Below are positions 1 through 13,300 of a DNA stretch of 64,000 nucleotides, in pieces. The stretch comes from Malacoraja senta. Its lineage: Eukaryota. Numbering within the stretch: the first letter of the stretch is position 1; each line of letters begins with the position of its first letter. Position numbers and translations under genes: made by a program. The DNA lies in the NCBI GenBank assembly GCA_038087875.1, contig CM075997.1, positions 8,620,001 to 8,684,000 of the forward strand, written 5' to 3'. The notes beneath the pieces are model-generated. The model was not told the DNA's origin, did no database searches, and saw nothing but the letters and a program-made list of their open reading frames with translations.

Positions 1-145
1 CCCCACTAGTCACTGCCTGCCATTGTGAAAAGGACCCGTTTACTCCTACTCTTTGCTTCCTGTTTGCCAGCCAGTTCTCTATCCACATCAATACTGAACC
101 CCCAATACCGTGTGATTTAAGTTTGTATCCTAATCTCTTATGTGG
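1..145 (-). mobile_element. CR1 LINE ORF2 (RT) fragment, subfamily B, cut by the window edge
   Basis: Near-identical to 61006-61150 (RT segment [28 protein letters not shown] on the minus strand); abuts a + strand CR1 at ~146. Confidence 0.85.
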
Positions 146-2539
146 TAGACTGGGGAAATCAGGTTGGTTCAGGACCCCAAGACCCCAGAGAAAAGGCAAT
201 TCTGGATTTAGTGTTGTCCAATGAACCAGATATGATAAGAGAACTCGAGGTAAAGGAACCGCTTGGAGGTAGTGATCATAATATGATTAGTTTTAACCTG
301 CAATTTGAGAAGGATAACGTTAAATCGGAATTGGCAGTGATGCAGTTGAACAAAGGGGACTATGAAGGAATGATACGGGAGCTGGCCAAGGTTGACTGGA
401 AAGGGATCCTAGCAGGAATGACGGTGGAACAGCAATGGCAGGAATTTCTGGGCATAATCCGGGAGATTTCATTCTAAAAAGGAAGAAAGATTCTAAGGGG
501 AGTAGGAGGCAACCATGGCTGACAAGAGAAGTTTGGGATAGAATAAAACTAAAAGAAAAGATGTATAACACAGCAAAGAGTAGCCGGAAGCCAGAGGATT
601 GGTAAACTTTCATAGGACAACAGAAGTAAACAAAACGGGCAATACGGGCTGAAAAGATGAAGTACAAGGGGAAGCTGGCCAGGAATATAAAGGACAGTAA
701 AAGCTTCTTTAGATATGTTAAGGGAAAAAGAGTAGCAAAGTCAAATGTGGGTCCCTTGAAGGCAGACACGGGTGAAATTATTATGTGCAACAAGGAAATG
801 GCAGAAGAGTTGAATAGGTACATCGGATCTGTCTTCACTGAGGAAGACACAAACAATCTCCCAGATGTACTGGAGGACAGAGGGGGTAGATGAACTTAAA
901 GAAATTTTCATTAGGTGAGAAATAGTATTGGGTAGGCTAATGGGACTGAAGGATGATAAATCCCCTGGGCCTGATGGTCTGCATCCCAGGGTCCTCAGGG
1001 AGGTGGCTCTAGAAATAGTGGACGCATTGGTGATCATTTTCCAATGTTCAATAGATTCAGGATCAGTTCCTGTGGATTGGAGGATAAGCTAATGTTATCC
1101 CACTTTTCAAGAAAGGGGCGAGAGACAAAATGGGGAATTACAGACCAGTTAGCCTGACTTCAGTGGCGGGAAAGATGCTGGAGTCAATTATTAAAGAGGT
1201 AATAATGGGGCATTTGGAGAACGGTAAAAGGATTAGTCCAAGTCAACATGGATTTATGAAAGGGAAATTGTGCTTGACTAATCTGGAATTTTTTGAGGAT
1301 GTGACAAGTAAAATGGTGAAGGGGTGCCAGTGGATGTAGTGTATCTAGACTTTCAGAAAGCCTTTGACAATGTCCCGCATGGGAGACTGGTGACTAAAAT
1401 GAGAGCACATGGTATTGGGGGTAGGGTGTTGACATGGATAGAAAATTGGTTGGCAGACCGGAAGCAAAGAGTAGGAGTAAATGGGTCCTTTTCAGAATGG
1501 CAGGCAGTGGCGAGTGGAGTCCCGCAAGGCTCGGTGTTGGGGCCGCAACTGTTTACCATATATATTAATGATTTGGAAGAGGGAATTAGGAGCAACACGA
1601 GCAAGTTTGCGGATGACACAAAGCTGGGTGGCAGTGTAAACTGTGAAGAGGATGTTAGGAGGTTGCAGGGTGACCTGGACAGGTTGAGTGAGTCGGCAGA
1701 TGCGTGGCAGATGCAATATAATATAGATAAATGTGAGGTTATCCACATTGGCAGCAAAAACAAGGGGGCAGATTATTATCTCAATGTGGTTAGGTTAGGT
1801 AAGGGGGAGGTACAGCGAGACCTGGATGTCCTTGTACTGTCACTGAAAGTTGGCGTGCAGGTACAGCAGGCAGTGAAGAAAGCTAATGGAATGTTGGCCT
1901 TCATAACAAGAGGATTTCAGTATAGGAGTAAAGAGGTTCTTCTGCAGTTGTATAGGGCTCTGGTGAGACCACATCTGGAGTATTGTGTACAGTTTTGGTC
2001 TCCTTATTTGAGGAAGGACATCCTTGTGATTGAGGCAGTGCAGTGTAGGTTCACGAGATTGATCCCTGGGATGGCGGGACTGTCATATGAGGAAAGATTG
2101 AAAAGACTAGGCTTGTATTCACTGGAGTTTAGAAGGATGAGAGGTTATCTTATAGAAACATATAAAATTATAAAAGGACTGGACAAGGTAGATGCAGGAA
2201 AAATGTTCCCAATGTTGGGCGAGTCCAGAACCAGGGGCCACAGTCTTAGAATAAGGGGAGGTCATTTAAGACTGAGGTGAGAAAAAACGTTTTCACCCAG
2301 AGAGTTGTGAATTTATGGAATTCCCTGCCACAGAGGGCAGTGGAGGCCAAATCACTGGATGGATTTAAGAGAGAGTTAGATAGAGCTCTAGGGGCTAGTG
2401 GAGTCAAGGGATATGGGGAGAAGGCAGGCACGGGTTATTGATAGGGGACAATCAGCCATGATCACAATGAATGGTGGTGCTGGCTCGAAGGGCCGAATGG
2501 CCTCCTCCTGCACCTATTTTCTATGTTTCTATGTTTCTT
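146..2539 (+). mobile_element. CR1 LINE subfamily A, decayed ORF2 (end of EN, RT) with 3' UTR and tail
   Basis: ORF pieces [59 protein letters not shown] broken by stops and frameshifts; ends in (TTCTATGT)n. Confidence 0.95.
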
Positions 2540-2699
2540 GTGGAGCTCCTCTGGTATCTTTGGTGAAAACCTCTGGCCCGGTGCTGAGTCCAGGCTGCAG
2601 GTAAGGCGACGGCTGCGGGCTGCTGGAGTGGCGAGGGTCGGCAAAGCGTGGGAGGTCCTGGTGGGCGGATGGTCGGTGGGGAGGCGAGGTTCGACGGGT

Positions 2700-3158
2700 C
2701 CGGTGCAGCAGCGAGGTGGGTCGGCCCCCAGTGCGGCGGCGAGGTGGGTCGGCCCCCAGTGTGGATGCATGGTGGGTAGGCTCCCAGTGCGGCGGCGAGG
2801 TGGGTCGGCCCCCAGTGTGGATGCGAGGTGGGTAGGCCCCCAGTGCGGCGGCGAGGTGGGTTGGCCCGGTGCGGATGCGAGGTGGGTCGGCCCCCAGTGT
2901 GGATGCGAGGTGGGTCGGCCCCCAGTGTGGATGCGAGGTGGGTAGGACCCCAGTGCGGATGCGAGGTGGATAGGCCTCAAGTGCGACGGCTAGGTGGGTA
3001 GGCCCCCAGTGCGGATGCATGGTGGGTAGGCCTCCAGTACGGATGCAAGGTGGGTAGGCTCCCAGTGCGAACGTGAGGTGGGTAGGCCTCCAGTACGGCG
3101 GCGAGGTGGGTCGGCCCGGTGCGACGGCGAGGTGGGTAGGCCCCAGGTGTGGCGGCGA
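2700..3158. repeat. GC-rich minisatellite, ~28-bp unit GCGAGGTGGGT(C/A)GGCCCCCAGTG(C/T)GG..
   Basis: Directly visible tandem units. Confidence 0.9.
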
Positions 3159-3633
3159 TGTTCGGCGTGGGAAAAGGGTTAAATAAACTACATACCTTTT
3201 GCTTTGTCCTGCACTTCCAATGATCCAAGGATCTACGCAAAGATCCTATAGCGGAGCAAGATAGGCCACTCCTGCGAAATGCAATGGTCTGACGTGTAGT
3301 ATGCAACGGAGCGGAACGTGGGCCTTTTTTTCGTCCATTTCAGTAACCGACCCGACCCGACCCGACTCGCAGTGTAATCAGCGTTGTGGGGGAACAGTTT
3401 GTGTGCGTGATATAGGGTTAGATTCATAATTCTGTTAATTTATAATTCTGTAAATTCTTGTTAAAGAATAAAATGTTTATAAATGTTGACACTTAATTTT
3501 CTTTTAAAATATTTTTTAAATCCTTTCTTTTAAATGGCTCATGTGCTGTGTTTGAGTTGATTTTGTATTACACTTTCATTCTGTAATTCATTCATCTAAT
3601 CACACTGTTCACAACTGCAGTATCCGGAGTACC

Positions 3634-5557
3634 GGTAGCCAGAGGATTGGGAAACTTTCATAGGACAACAGAAGGAAACAAAACGGGCAATACAGGCTGA
3701 AAAGATGAAGTATGAAGGGAAGCTGGCCAGGAATATAAAGAAGGACAGTAAAAGCTTCTTTAGATATGTTAAGGGAAAAAGAGTAGCAAAGTCAAATGTG
3801 GGTCCCTTGAAGCCAGACACGGGTGAAATTATTATGGGCAACAAGGAAATGGCAGAAGAGTTGAAAAGGTACTTCGGATCTGTCTTCACTAAGGAAGACA
3901 CAAACAATCTCCCAGATGTACTGGAGGACAGAGGATCTAAGGGGGTAGAGGAACTGGAAGAAATTTTCATTAGGCGAGAAACAGTATTGGGTAGGCTAAT
4001 GGGACTGAAGGATGATAAATCCCCTGGGCCTGATGGCCTGCATCCCAGGGTCCTTATGGAGGTGGCTCTAGAAATAGTGGATGCATTGGTGATCATTTTC
4101 GAATGTTCTATAGATTCAGGATCAGTTCCTGTGGATTGGAGGATAGCTAATGTTATCCCACTTTTCAAGAAAGGAGCGAGAGAGAAAACGGGGAATTACA
4201 GACCAGTTAGCCTGACTTCGGTGGTGGGAAAGATGCTGGAGTCAATTATTAAAGAGGTAATAATGGGGCATTTGGATTGCAGTAAAAGGATTAGTCCAAG
4301 TCAATATGGATTTATGAAAGGGAAATCATGCTTGACTAATCTTCTGGAATTTTCTGAGGATGTGACAAGTAATTGCTGGCTCGAAGGGCTGAATGGCCTC
4401 CTCCTGCACGTATTTTCTATGTAAAATGGATGAAGGGGTGCCAGTGGATGTAGTGTATCTAGACTTTCAGAAAGCCTTTGATAAGGTCCCGCACGGGAGA
4501 CTGGTGACTAAAATTAGAGCATGGTATTGGGGGTAGGGTGTTGACACGGATACAAAATTGGTTGGCAAACCGGAAGCAAAGAGTAGGAGTGAATGGGTCC
4601 TTTTCAGAATGGCAGGCAGTGGCGAGTGGAGTGCCGCAAGGCTCGGTGTTGGGGCCGCAACTGTTTACCATATATATTAATGATTTGGAAGAGGGAATTA
4701 GGAGCAACACTAGCAAGTTTGCGGATGACACAAAGCTGGGTGGCAGTGTGAATTGTGAAGAGGATGTTAGGGGGTTGCAGGGTGACCTGGACAGGTTGAG
4801 TGAGTGGGAAGATGCGTGGCAGATGCAGTATAATATAGATAAATGTGAGGTTATCCGCTTTGGTGGCAAAAACAAGGGGGCAGATTATTATCTCAATGGG
4901 GTTAGGTTAGGTAAGGGGGAGGTACAGTGAGACCTGGGTGTACACCGGTCACTGAAAGTTGGCGTGCAAGTACAGCAGGCAGTGAAGAAAGCTAATGGAA
5001 TGTTGGCTTTCATAACAAGAGGATTTCAGTGTAGGAGTAAAGAAGTTCTTCTGCAGTTGTATAGGGCTCTGGTGAGACCACATCTGGAGTATTGTGTACA
5101 GTTTTGGTCTCCTAATTTGAGGAAGGACATCCTTGTGATTGAAGGAGTGCAGCGTAGGTTCACGAGATTCATCCCTGGGATGGCGGGACTGTCATATGAG
5201 GAAAGATTGAAAAGACTAGGCTTGTATTCACTGGAGTTTAGAAGGATGAGGGGGATCTTATAGAAACATATAACATTATAAAAGGACTGGACAAGCTAGA
5301 TGCAGGAAAAATGTTTCCAATGTTGGGCGAGTCCAGAACCAGGGGCCACAGTCTTAGAATAAAGGGGAGGTCATTTAAAACTGAGGTGAGAAAAAACTTT
5401 TTCACCCAGAGAGTTCTAGGGGCTAGTGGAGTCAAGGGATATGGGGAGAAGGCAGGCACGGGTTATTGATCGGGGATGATCAGCCGTGATCACAATGAAT
5501 GGCTCGAAGGGCCGAATGGCCTCCTCCTGCACCTATTTTCTATGTTTCTATGTTTCT
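3634..5557 (+). mobile_element. 5'-truncated CR1 LINE subfamily A
   Basis: RT motifs in ORFs 3705-4424, 4538-4930 and 4964-5263; (TTCTATGT)n tail; a short CR1-tail piece is inserted at ~4373-4421. Confidence 0.95.
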
Positions 5558-5648
5558 AAAGCGCTATATAAATAAAATATAATTATTATTATTATTATTT
5601 GGGAAAATTATAGCAATATGAAGATTCCAGTTGCTCTACCCCTGGAAT

Positions 5649-6812
5649 GTCAATTCAAGTCAAGTTTATTTGTCACATACACATACAAGATGTGCAGTGA
5701 AATGAAAAGTGGCGATGCTCGCAGACTTTGTGCAAAATACCAAACAAACGACAAACAGAATGGAACAGAATCACATATTCTTTTACATATTAAATATTGT
5801 GGGCGGAAGGAAAAAGGGAAAAAAAAACAAAAAAAAACAGCAATTAAACCCCCTCCCCAGTAGAATGGTCCAGTAAAGTTAATCCCTGGTGAGATAGGAG
5901 TTTACAATCCTAATGGCCTCTGGGAAGAAACTCCTTCTCAACCTCTCCGTTCTCACAGCATGGCAACGGAGGCGTTCAAGGTGAGGGACTTTGATGTATT
6001 CCCTCCCATCTTGACTACCTGGGGCCTGACGGTGAGAAAGTCCAGGACCCAGGCACACAGGAGGGTGTTGAGCCCTAATTCCAGTAGCTTCTCGGCCTGT
6101 CGTGTTGAAGGCTGAACTGAAGTCTATGAACAGCATCCTCACGTAGCCCCCCTTCTGGCTGTCAAGATGAGAGAGAGCGGTGTGCAAAACCTGGGAGACC
6201 GCATCGTCCGTGGATCTGTTCGGACGGTATGCGAATTGTAACGGGTCAGATGTGTTTCTTCACCAGCCTCACAAAGCATTTCATGACTACCGAGGCGAGG
6301 ACCACCGGACGGTAATCATTCAGACAAGCTGGGGAGGCATTTTTAGGTACAGATACAATGATGGATTTTTTGATGCAGGCAGGGACCACGGACTTGTCCA
6401 GGGAGAGGTTGAATATTGTAGTGAGCACCGGAGTTAGCTGCGTAGCACAGGACTTAAGTACTCGCCCCAAGATGCCATCGGGGCCTGCAGCTTTCCTCGT
6501 GTTCACCCGTGTCAGAGCCCTCCTCACATCGTGCTCGGACAGCGAGAATGTGTGCACATTCCTCCCATCAGCTTTGATCGCCAGCACGCTGGCGGTATTG
6601 TTGTTAGTCGGCAGACCTGGGGTGGTGTTGCCCATCTCGAAACGAGCGTAAAAGGAGTTCAGGTCATCAGCTAGGGGGGTGCTGGCACTTGCAGATGAGG
6701 GTGGGGTGCTCCGGTAGTTGGTTACAGTCCGTAGCCCCTGCCACAGGTGTCTGGTGTCCTGCTGCTCCATCTGTGACTCCATCTTGTCCCTGTACCTCCT
6801 TTTTACATCCTT
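5649..6812 (-). mobile_element. Rex1/Babar-type LINE fragment, internally deleted
   Basis: [77 protein letters not shown]-type tail near 5650-5670. Confidence 0.85.
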
Positions 6813-7044
6813 AATGTTTTTGTGTCTATAGAGTTGTTTCTCAACAATAAAATGGGTCTGGTCTTCCCAATACCCAGAGAGTGGAATGAGATCTGTCTGT
6901 AATGGTGAGGTTATCTAAATTAAGTTTTTCACAGAATTAAATTTGTTTTGAGCAAGATTTACAAATGATGTATAACTTAAGGATGGTTTTATTCAGCGAG
7001 CATACAACTGATTAGATTGTGCTGGAAAGAACACACATACATTT

Positions 7045-8145
7045 ATATATTTATTATTTATTTATTTAATTATTTATTTCGAACAGAATAAAAGAATAAA
7101 AATCAAGTGTGAAACAGCATACAAAAAACAAAACAAGAATATTTATAAAGTGTCATAAACAATATTTGTAAATAAATGAAATCGTATGTGTCCGAAAAGG
7201 AGCAGAAAGAAGCCAAAGCTTATTAATTCCCACCCCTTATTCAACTGATTATAATTATCTGTATAACAATTGTATCTGATACAGATTTAACAGCTATATG
7301 TACACCATATGTACACCAGCAGCTATATGTACACCAAATTATTTACATGTATACACTAATCAAATATTTACAAAGCCATACAGAAAAGAGAGAAAAAAGA
7401 AAAAAGAAAAGAAAAAACCCTCATATACTATACAGTATCTCTTAGTCATATATACAACCCATCACCCTATAATCACCCTTCCCAATACAATCAGTATAAC
7501 AAATATCCCACTCACAATCAACTATCCTCATCCCAGTATCCTTTAAAAAAAGTGTTTTATACATCTTTTTAAACTGAATTATGTTTGTGCTAAGTTTTAT
7601 CTCCTATTCCAGACCATTCCACAAATTCACCCCACAGATTGCTATGCACATACTTTTAAGAGTTGTTCTGACATTGAGTTTTTTTAAATTATGTTCCCCT
7701 CTCAAATTATACCCACCCTGTCTTTCCATAAACAGTTTTTGTATATTTCTTGGAAGTAAATTAAATTTAACCAGATCGGTGAACTTCAGTGTATGTGACT
7801 TTAAGAATAATAAATTGGTATGTTCAAGATATCCAACGTTATTGATAATTCTTATTGCTCTTTTTTGTAATGTGCATAATGGCTGTAGGTTGGTTTTGTA
7901 GGTGTTACCCCATATCTCCACACAGTAACTCAGATATGGCAATATGAGTGTATTATACAGAGTATGTAATGATTTGTGGTCCAGAATGTCTTGATTTTCC
8001 CAATATTGCTATAGACTTTGCCAGTTTTGCTTTGACGTGGTTTATATGTGGTTTCCAGCAGATTTTGTGGTCTAAGATCACACCAAGAAATGTATTTTCA
8101 TATACTCTTTCTATACTTATGTTATCTATTTTCAATTGTGTCTGG
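7045..8145 (-). mobile_element. 3' fragment of a CR1/L2-group LINE (Crack/Daphne-like)
   Basis: FLGVILD..ICWKPHI, PYLSYCVEIWGNTYK..L..LQKRAIRII; 3' UTR ends in (AAAT)n. Confidence 0.7.
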
Positions 8146-8267
8146 TGTCTCAGCCGTGCTGATCTGAGCCAGACTCCCCGCACGCTGTGGAAGGAACATC
8201 TTTTCGCTTTTATTGTGATTTATTTCTCTTTTTAACACTGAATATCTGATAACGACACAGTAGTAGC

Positions 8268-8871
8268 ATAGAAACATAGAAACATAGAAAATAGGTGCAG
8301 GAGGAGGCCATTCGGCCCTTCGAGCCAGCACCAGCATTCATTGTGATCATGGCTGATCGTCCCCTATCAATAACCCGTGCCTGCCTTCTCCCCATATCCC
8401 TTGACTCCACTAGCCCCTAGAGCTCTATCTAACTCTCTCTTAAATCCATCCAGTGATTTGGCCTCCACTGCCCTCTGTGGCAGGGAATTCCATAAATTCA
8501 CAACTCTCTGGGTGAAAACGTTTTTTCTCACCTCAGTCTTAAATGACCTCCCTTTTATTCTAAGAATGTGGCCCCTGGTTCTGGCCTCGCTCAACATTGG
8601 GAACATTTTTCCTGCATCTAGTTTGTCCAGTCCTTTTATAATTTTATATGTTTCTATAAGATTCCCCCTCATCCTTCTATACTCCAGTGAATACAAACCT
8701 AGTCTTTTCAATCTTTCCTCATATGACAGTCCCGCCATCCCAGGGATCAATCTCGTGAACCTACACTGCACTGCCTCAATCACAAGGATGTCCTTCCTCA
8801 AATTAGGAGACCAAAACTGTACACAATACTGCAGATGTGGTCTCACCAGAGCCCTATATAACTGCAGAAGA
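8268..8871 (-). mobile_element. CR1 subfamily A 3' fragment
   Basis: ORF 8367-8897 is the RT C-terminus; (CATAGAAA)n tail on + strand at 8268. Confidence 0.95.
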
Positions 8872-9965
8872 ATGGCACCAATATTGCACCAACCCACTCA
8901 ATTTTAAATAATTCATAATAGAAATCCATTAACATGGTTAACACTTTATTTCTGCCATGCATAGTAAGATTTACATAACTCACATTATTCTGTGCGCGAG
9001 ATATACAGGGTTGCAGTGTTCAGCATATCAGCTAACCAGTGAAAGTGATGTACAATTCAACATATGTAACACAATGATAGCCCCACGCCTGCTTACACCA
9101 AAGAGCAAAAGTCCAACGTAGATACAATAATAAATAAATCGCCATTTGCATTGTTTTGTGCAGTTAACAAATCACAATTTCACACAATGTACATAAGACG
9201 GCAGTTATTTGACAAATACTCTGCAGTTCGGTGTAGGAGATCATGTCGGCGAGTATTCTGGACCCACTGTCAACATCTGAAATTAGAGAAAATATCATGC
9301 AGTCAATATTCTGCATTATTCTGCATTAAATAACAGAGAGGTAGAAAGAAAATGCTCTTGAGGAGAAGATTTTTACAAGGATGTTGCCATGAGGCCTCGA
9401 CTGTATCTGAGACAAAGGGAAGCACCCAGCTCTAAGATCTGAACTAAAGTGAAAGTTCGTGCAGACTTAATAAAATTCTCAGTACAAAACAAGAGTCAAT
9501 ATGTTCTTATTCTGCATTAAATAACAGAGAGGTAGAAAGTAAATGCTCTTGAGGAGAAGATTTTTACAAGGATGTTGACATGAGGCCTCGACTGTCTGAG
9601 CTCAATGATCTAACTACAGTGAGAGATTGAACAGGCTAAATAAAATGTTCAATATGCCACAGAAGTAATAAATGTTTTCATACCTTTCCTCCTTTCATAC
9701 CTGAAGCAAGACAAGTCGGGTTGCCTACATTGCCTACATTGCTGATTGTTTTTCGCAGGAGTGGTCCATCTTGCTCCGCTATAGGATCTTTGGATACGAG
9801 TGCGGAGGCGGAAGCAAAGATCCTATCTTTGCGCGGAAGCAAGATGGACGGAAGCTGGTTACGGGAATGCGTCCTATAATTACCCATGAATCTGCCCATG
9901 ACCGTACTATGTGTTTTTCACAGGAGTGGTCCATCTTGCTCCGCTACAGGATCTTTGGATCTGTG

Positions 9966-10095
9966 GAGCAAATTCTTCTCCACAACGAATATAAACCTCA
10001 CCTGCATTTTAATCCTGCACCCCCCCCCACCCACCAAAGCCTCCGGAATCGCAAGCATAGCGCCACCGATGGTAGGTTTTGTAACAACACCACTA
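9966..10095 (-). mobile_element. Terminal fragment related to the hAT-like element at 58603
   Basis: Reverse complement GTTACAAAACCTACCATCGGTGGCGCT..G-run..GGATTAAAATGCAG resembles 58610-58703. Confidence 0.5.
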
Positions 10096-10359
10096 TCTCA
10101 AAAGTTTTATACACCTTGGTGGAGCGAGCAGAGGCCCCCCAAGATATTGAGGCCCTAAGCATAAGCTAGTCGAGCTTATATGTAAATCCGGCCCTGCCCA
10201 CACCCCGCCCACATACACCCCTCCCCTCACAACCCCCCTTGGCCACACACCCACCCCGCCACACAGCGGTAGGCCATGGCAGCACTCCTCCCCCACAGGT
10301 CCTGCATGAAGCCGTCCCCCTCCCCTGGATGCAGGACGCTCCCCGCCAGCCCCCGCCTG

Positions 10360-13300
10360 AACCTCAGGTTTGTCCGAGAAACTGAGTCGTTCCTTGACAA
10401 GTCCTACAGTAAGATTGTTACACCTAAGGTACTGGAAGAGAGAAGGTGGGTGATGGTGCGAAAGGGAGGGAAACATGGAATGCAAACGTCCCCGGGTGTT
10501 GTACCTCTTGTGAACAGGTTCACCCACTTAGAAGCTGATGGGACTGAAGACGTTATCACAGTGAGCGGTGGACTGGCTTTCGAAGCAAAAAGGGCTGTTG
10601 AGCCTAAACCAAAGAGGCCAACGTCAGACAACACAATTGTAGTTGGAGACTCCATTGTGAGAGGTACCGACAGGGGTTTTTGCGACAACAGACGGGATTC
10701 GAGGATGGTGTGCTGCCTTCCTGGTGCCAGGATCCAGGATGTCACGGAGAGAGTGCAGAAAATCCTCCAGGGCGAAGGTGAACAGCCGGATGTGGTAGTG
10801 CATGTCGGCACAAACGATGTCGGAAAGAAGGGGATGAATATTCTGCAGCGTGACTTTAGAGAGCTCGGAAAAATCCTGAAAAGCAGGACCTCCAGGATTG
10901 TTATCTGCGGTTTGCTTCCAGTTCCTCATGCTGGCGAGAGCAGGAACAGGGAGATACGGGACCTGAATGTGTGGCTGAGGAACTTGTGCACGGGGCAGGG
11001 ATTTAGTTTCTTAGATCATAGTTAATGACCCCAGAATTAATGGGACAGGAAGCTCACAAAGGGATAGGAGTGTATGGCCAAGTGTAATAGGGATCGATGT
11101 GAAAGGTGAAATCCGTAAGGAATTAAAAGTATTGTATATGAATGCGCGAAGTATAAGAAGTAAAGTAGATGAGCTTGAGGCTCAGTTACAGGTTGGTAGA
11201 TATGACATTGTGGGGATTACTGAGACGTGGCTGCAGGAGGATCGGGCCTGAGAACTTAATATTCAGGGTTATACATCCTATAGAAAGGACAGGCAGGTGG
11301 GCAGAGGAGGGGGGATAGCTCTGCTGGTGAGGGATGGAATACAGTCCGTTGCGAGGGAAGACATAGGGACTGACGAGGAAGAGTCACTGTGGATTGAATT
11401 GAGGAATTGTAAAGGCAAGAAGACACTAATTGGTGTTATTTACAGACCCCCAAATAGTAGCCGGGATGTAGGGTGTAAGTTGCAGCAGGAGTTAAAACTG
11501 GCATGTAACAAAGGTAATGCCACTGTGGTGATGGGGGATTTCAATATGCAGGTACACTGGGAAAATCAGGTTGGTTCAGGACCACAAGAAAGAGAGTTTG
11601 TACAATGCCTCCGAGATGGATTCTTAGAGCAGCTTGTAATGGAGCCGACCAGAAAAAAGGCAATTCTGGATTTAGTGTTGTCCAATGAACCAGATATGAT
11701 AAGAGAACTCGAGGTAAAGGAGGTAGTGATCATAATATGATTAGTTTTAATTTGCAATTTGAGAAGGAGAAGGTTAAATCGGAAGTGGCAGTGATGCAGT
11801 TGAGCAAAGGGGACTATGAAGGCATGAGAGGGGAGCTGGCCAAAGTAGATTGGAAAGGTATCCTAGCAGGAATGACGGTGGAACAGCAATAGCAGGAATT
11901 TCTGGGCAGAATCTGGGAGATGCAAGATCATTTCATTCCAAAAAGGAAGAAAAATTCTAAGGGGAGTAGGAGGCAACCGTGGCTGACAAGTGAAGTTAGG
12001 GATAGAATAAAACTAAAAGAAAAGATGTATAACACAGCAAAGAGTAGCCGGAAGCCAGAGGATTGGGAAACTTTCAGAGGACAACAGAAGGAAACAAAAC
12101 GGGCAATACGGGCTGAAAAGATGAAGTATGAAGGGAAGCTGGCCAGGAATATAAAGAACGACAGTAAAAGCTTCTTTAGATATGTTTTATTTATTTTTAA
12201 TTTTATTTTTTTAATTTTTATTTATTAGAAGTACATTACATTACAACCACATACATTAATACTCGTCATTTGTATCTTCTTACAATTAATGTACTCCCTT
12301 TATTTATTTTTTTACACTAGAAAAGGAAAAGATTGAAAGAAAGAAGAAAGTGAAGGAAAAAGTGAAAGTGTAGAAAAGTGTCGAAAATGTAACAACAAAA
12401 AAGGACGAAGACCCTATAAGAGCGAAATTAAAAACAAAAGAAAAAGAGTTAAGAAATAGGCCCTAGGAAAAAAAAGAGAAAGAGGAAAAAAAAAGAAAAA
12501 CAAATATTTTTTTGAGCATTACGTAAATAGGACATACCAACTCTTCAACTATCATCCCCCCTTACCTGACCTCAATTTTTTTTTTTTTTTTAAGTACTTT
12601 TGCACCCTATGTTTGTAATAATTCTATAAATGCAGACCACGTCAGGTGGAAGTGATCTGGTTTACCTGCTAGGAGGAGTCTTATCTCTTCTAGGTGTAAT
12701 GTTTCAAACATATTTGAAATCCACATATTTATAGTTGGTATTGGAGCCTTCTTCCAAAATTTCAGAATTAGCTTTTTTCCAGTTATTAACCCATAGTCCA
12801 TTAATTTCTTTTGAAACACATTTAGTTCTGGATCATCTTCCGTTATTCCGAAGATAATCCATTCTGCTTTGGGTATCAGTCTTGTTTTAAATAACTTTGT
12901 AAAGATTTCAAAAATTTCATTCCAAAATTTTTGAATTTTTGTACAGAAGACGAATGAGTGCGCTATAGTAGCTTCTTGGGATTGACATTTATCACAAATA
13001 GATGATACGTTTGGGAAAATTTTATGAATTTTAGTGTAAAATTTTAAATTGTATTAAAGTGTGTCTTACATTAATCGAGCATTTATGCACGTTTAATAAG
13101 TATTCATTCCAACTTTCCTTTGAAATTTTAATAGCTAACTCTTGTTCCCAGTCTCTTCTGATACCCTCCGTAGGTGGTATTTGTACATTTAAAATATGTT
13201 AGATATGTTAAGGGAAAAAGAGTAGCAAAGTCAAATGTGGGTCCCTTGAAGGCAGACACGGGTGAAATTATTATGGGCAACAAGAAAATGGCAGAAGAGT

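Larger units (their letters stand above)
3238..9957. mobile_element. P-superfamily-like DNA transposon remnant with four LINEs nested inside
   Basis: Left TIR CAAAGATCCTATAGCGGAGCAAGAT at 3238; right TIR ..CTTGCTCCGCTACAGGATCTTTG ending 9957; flanks GATCTACG/GATCTGTG (6/8); subterminal sequences match the copies at 28046 and 34644. Confidence 0.65.

Noticed and set aside
10100..10196. hAT-like end ..AAATCCGGCCCTG
   Set aside because: Only one terminus seen and no TSD can be verified
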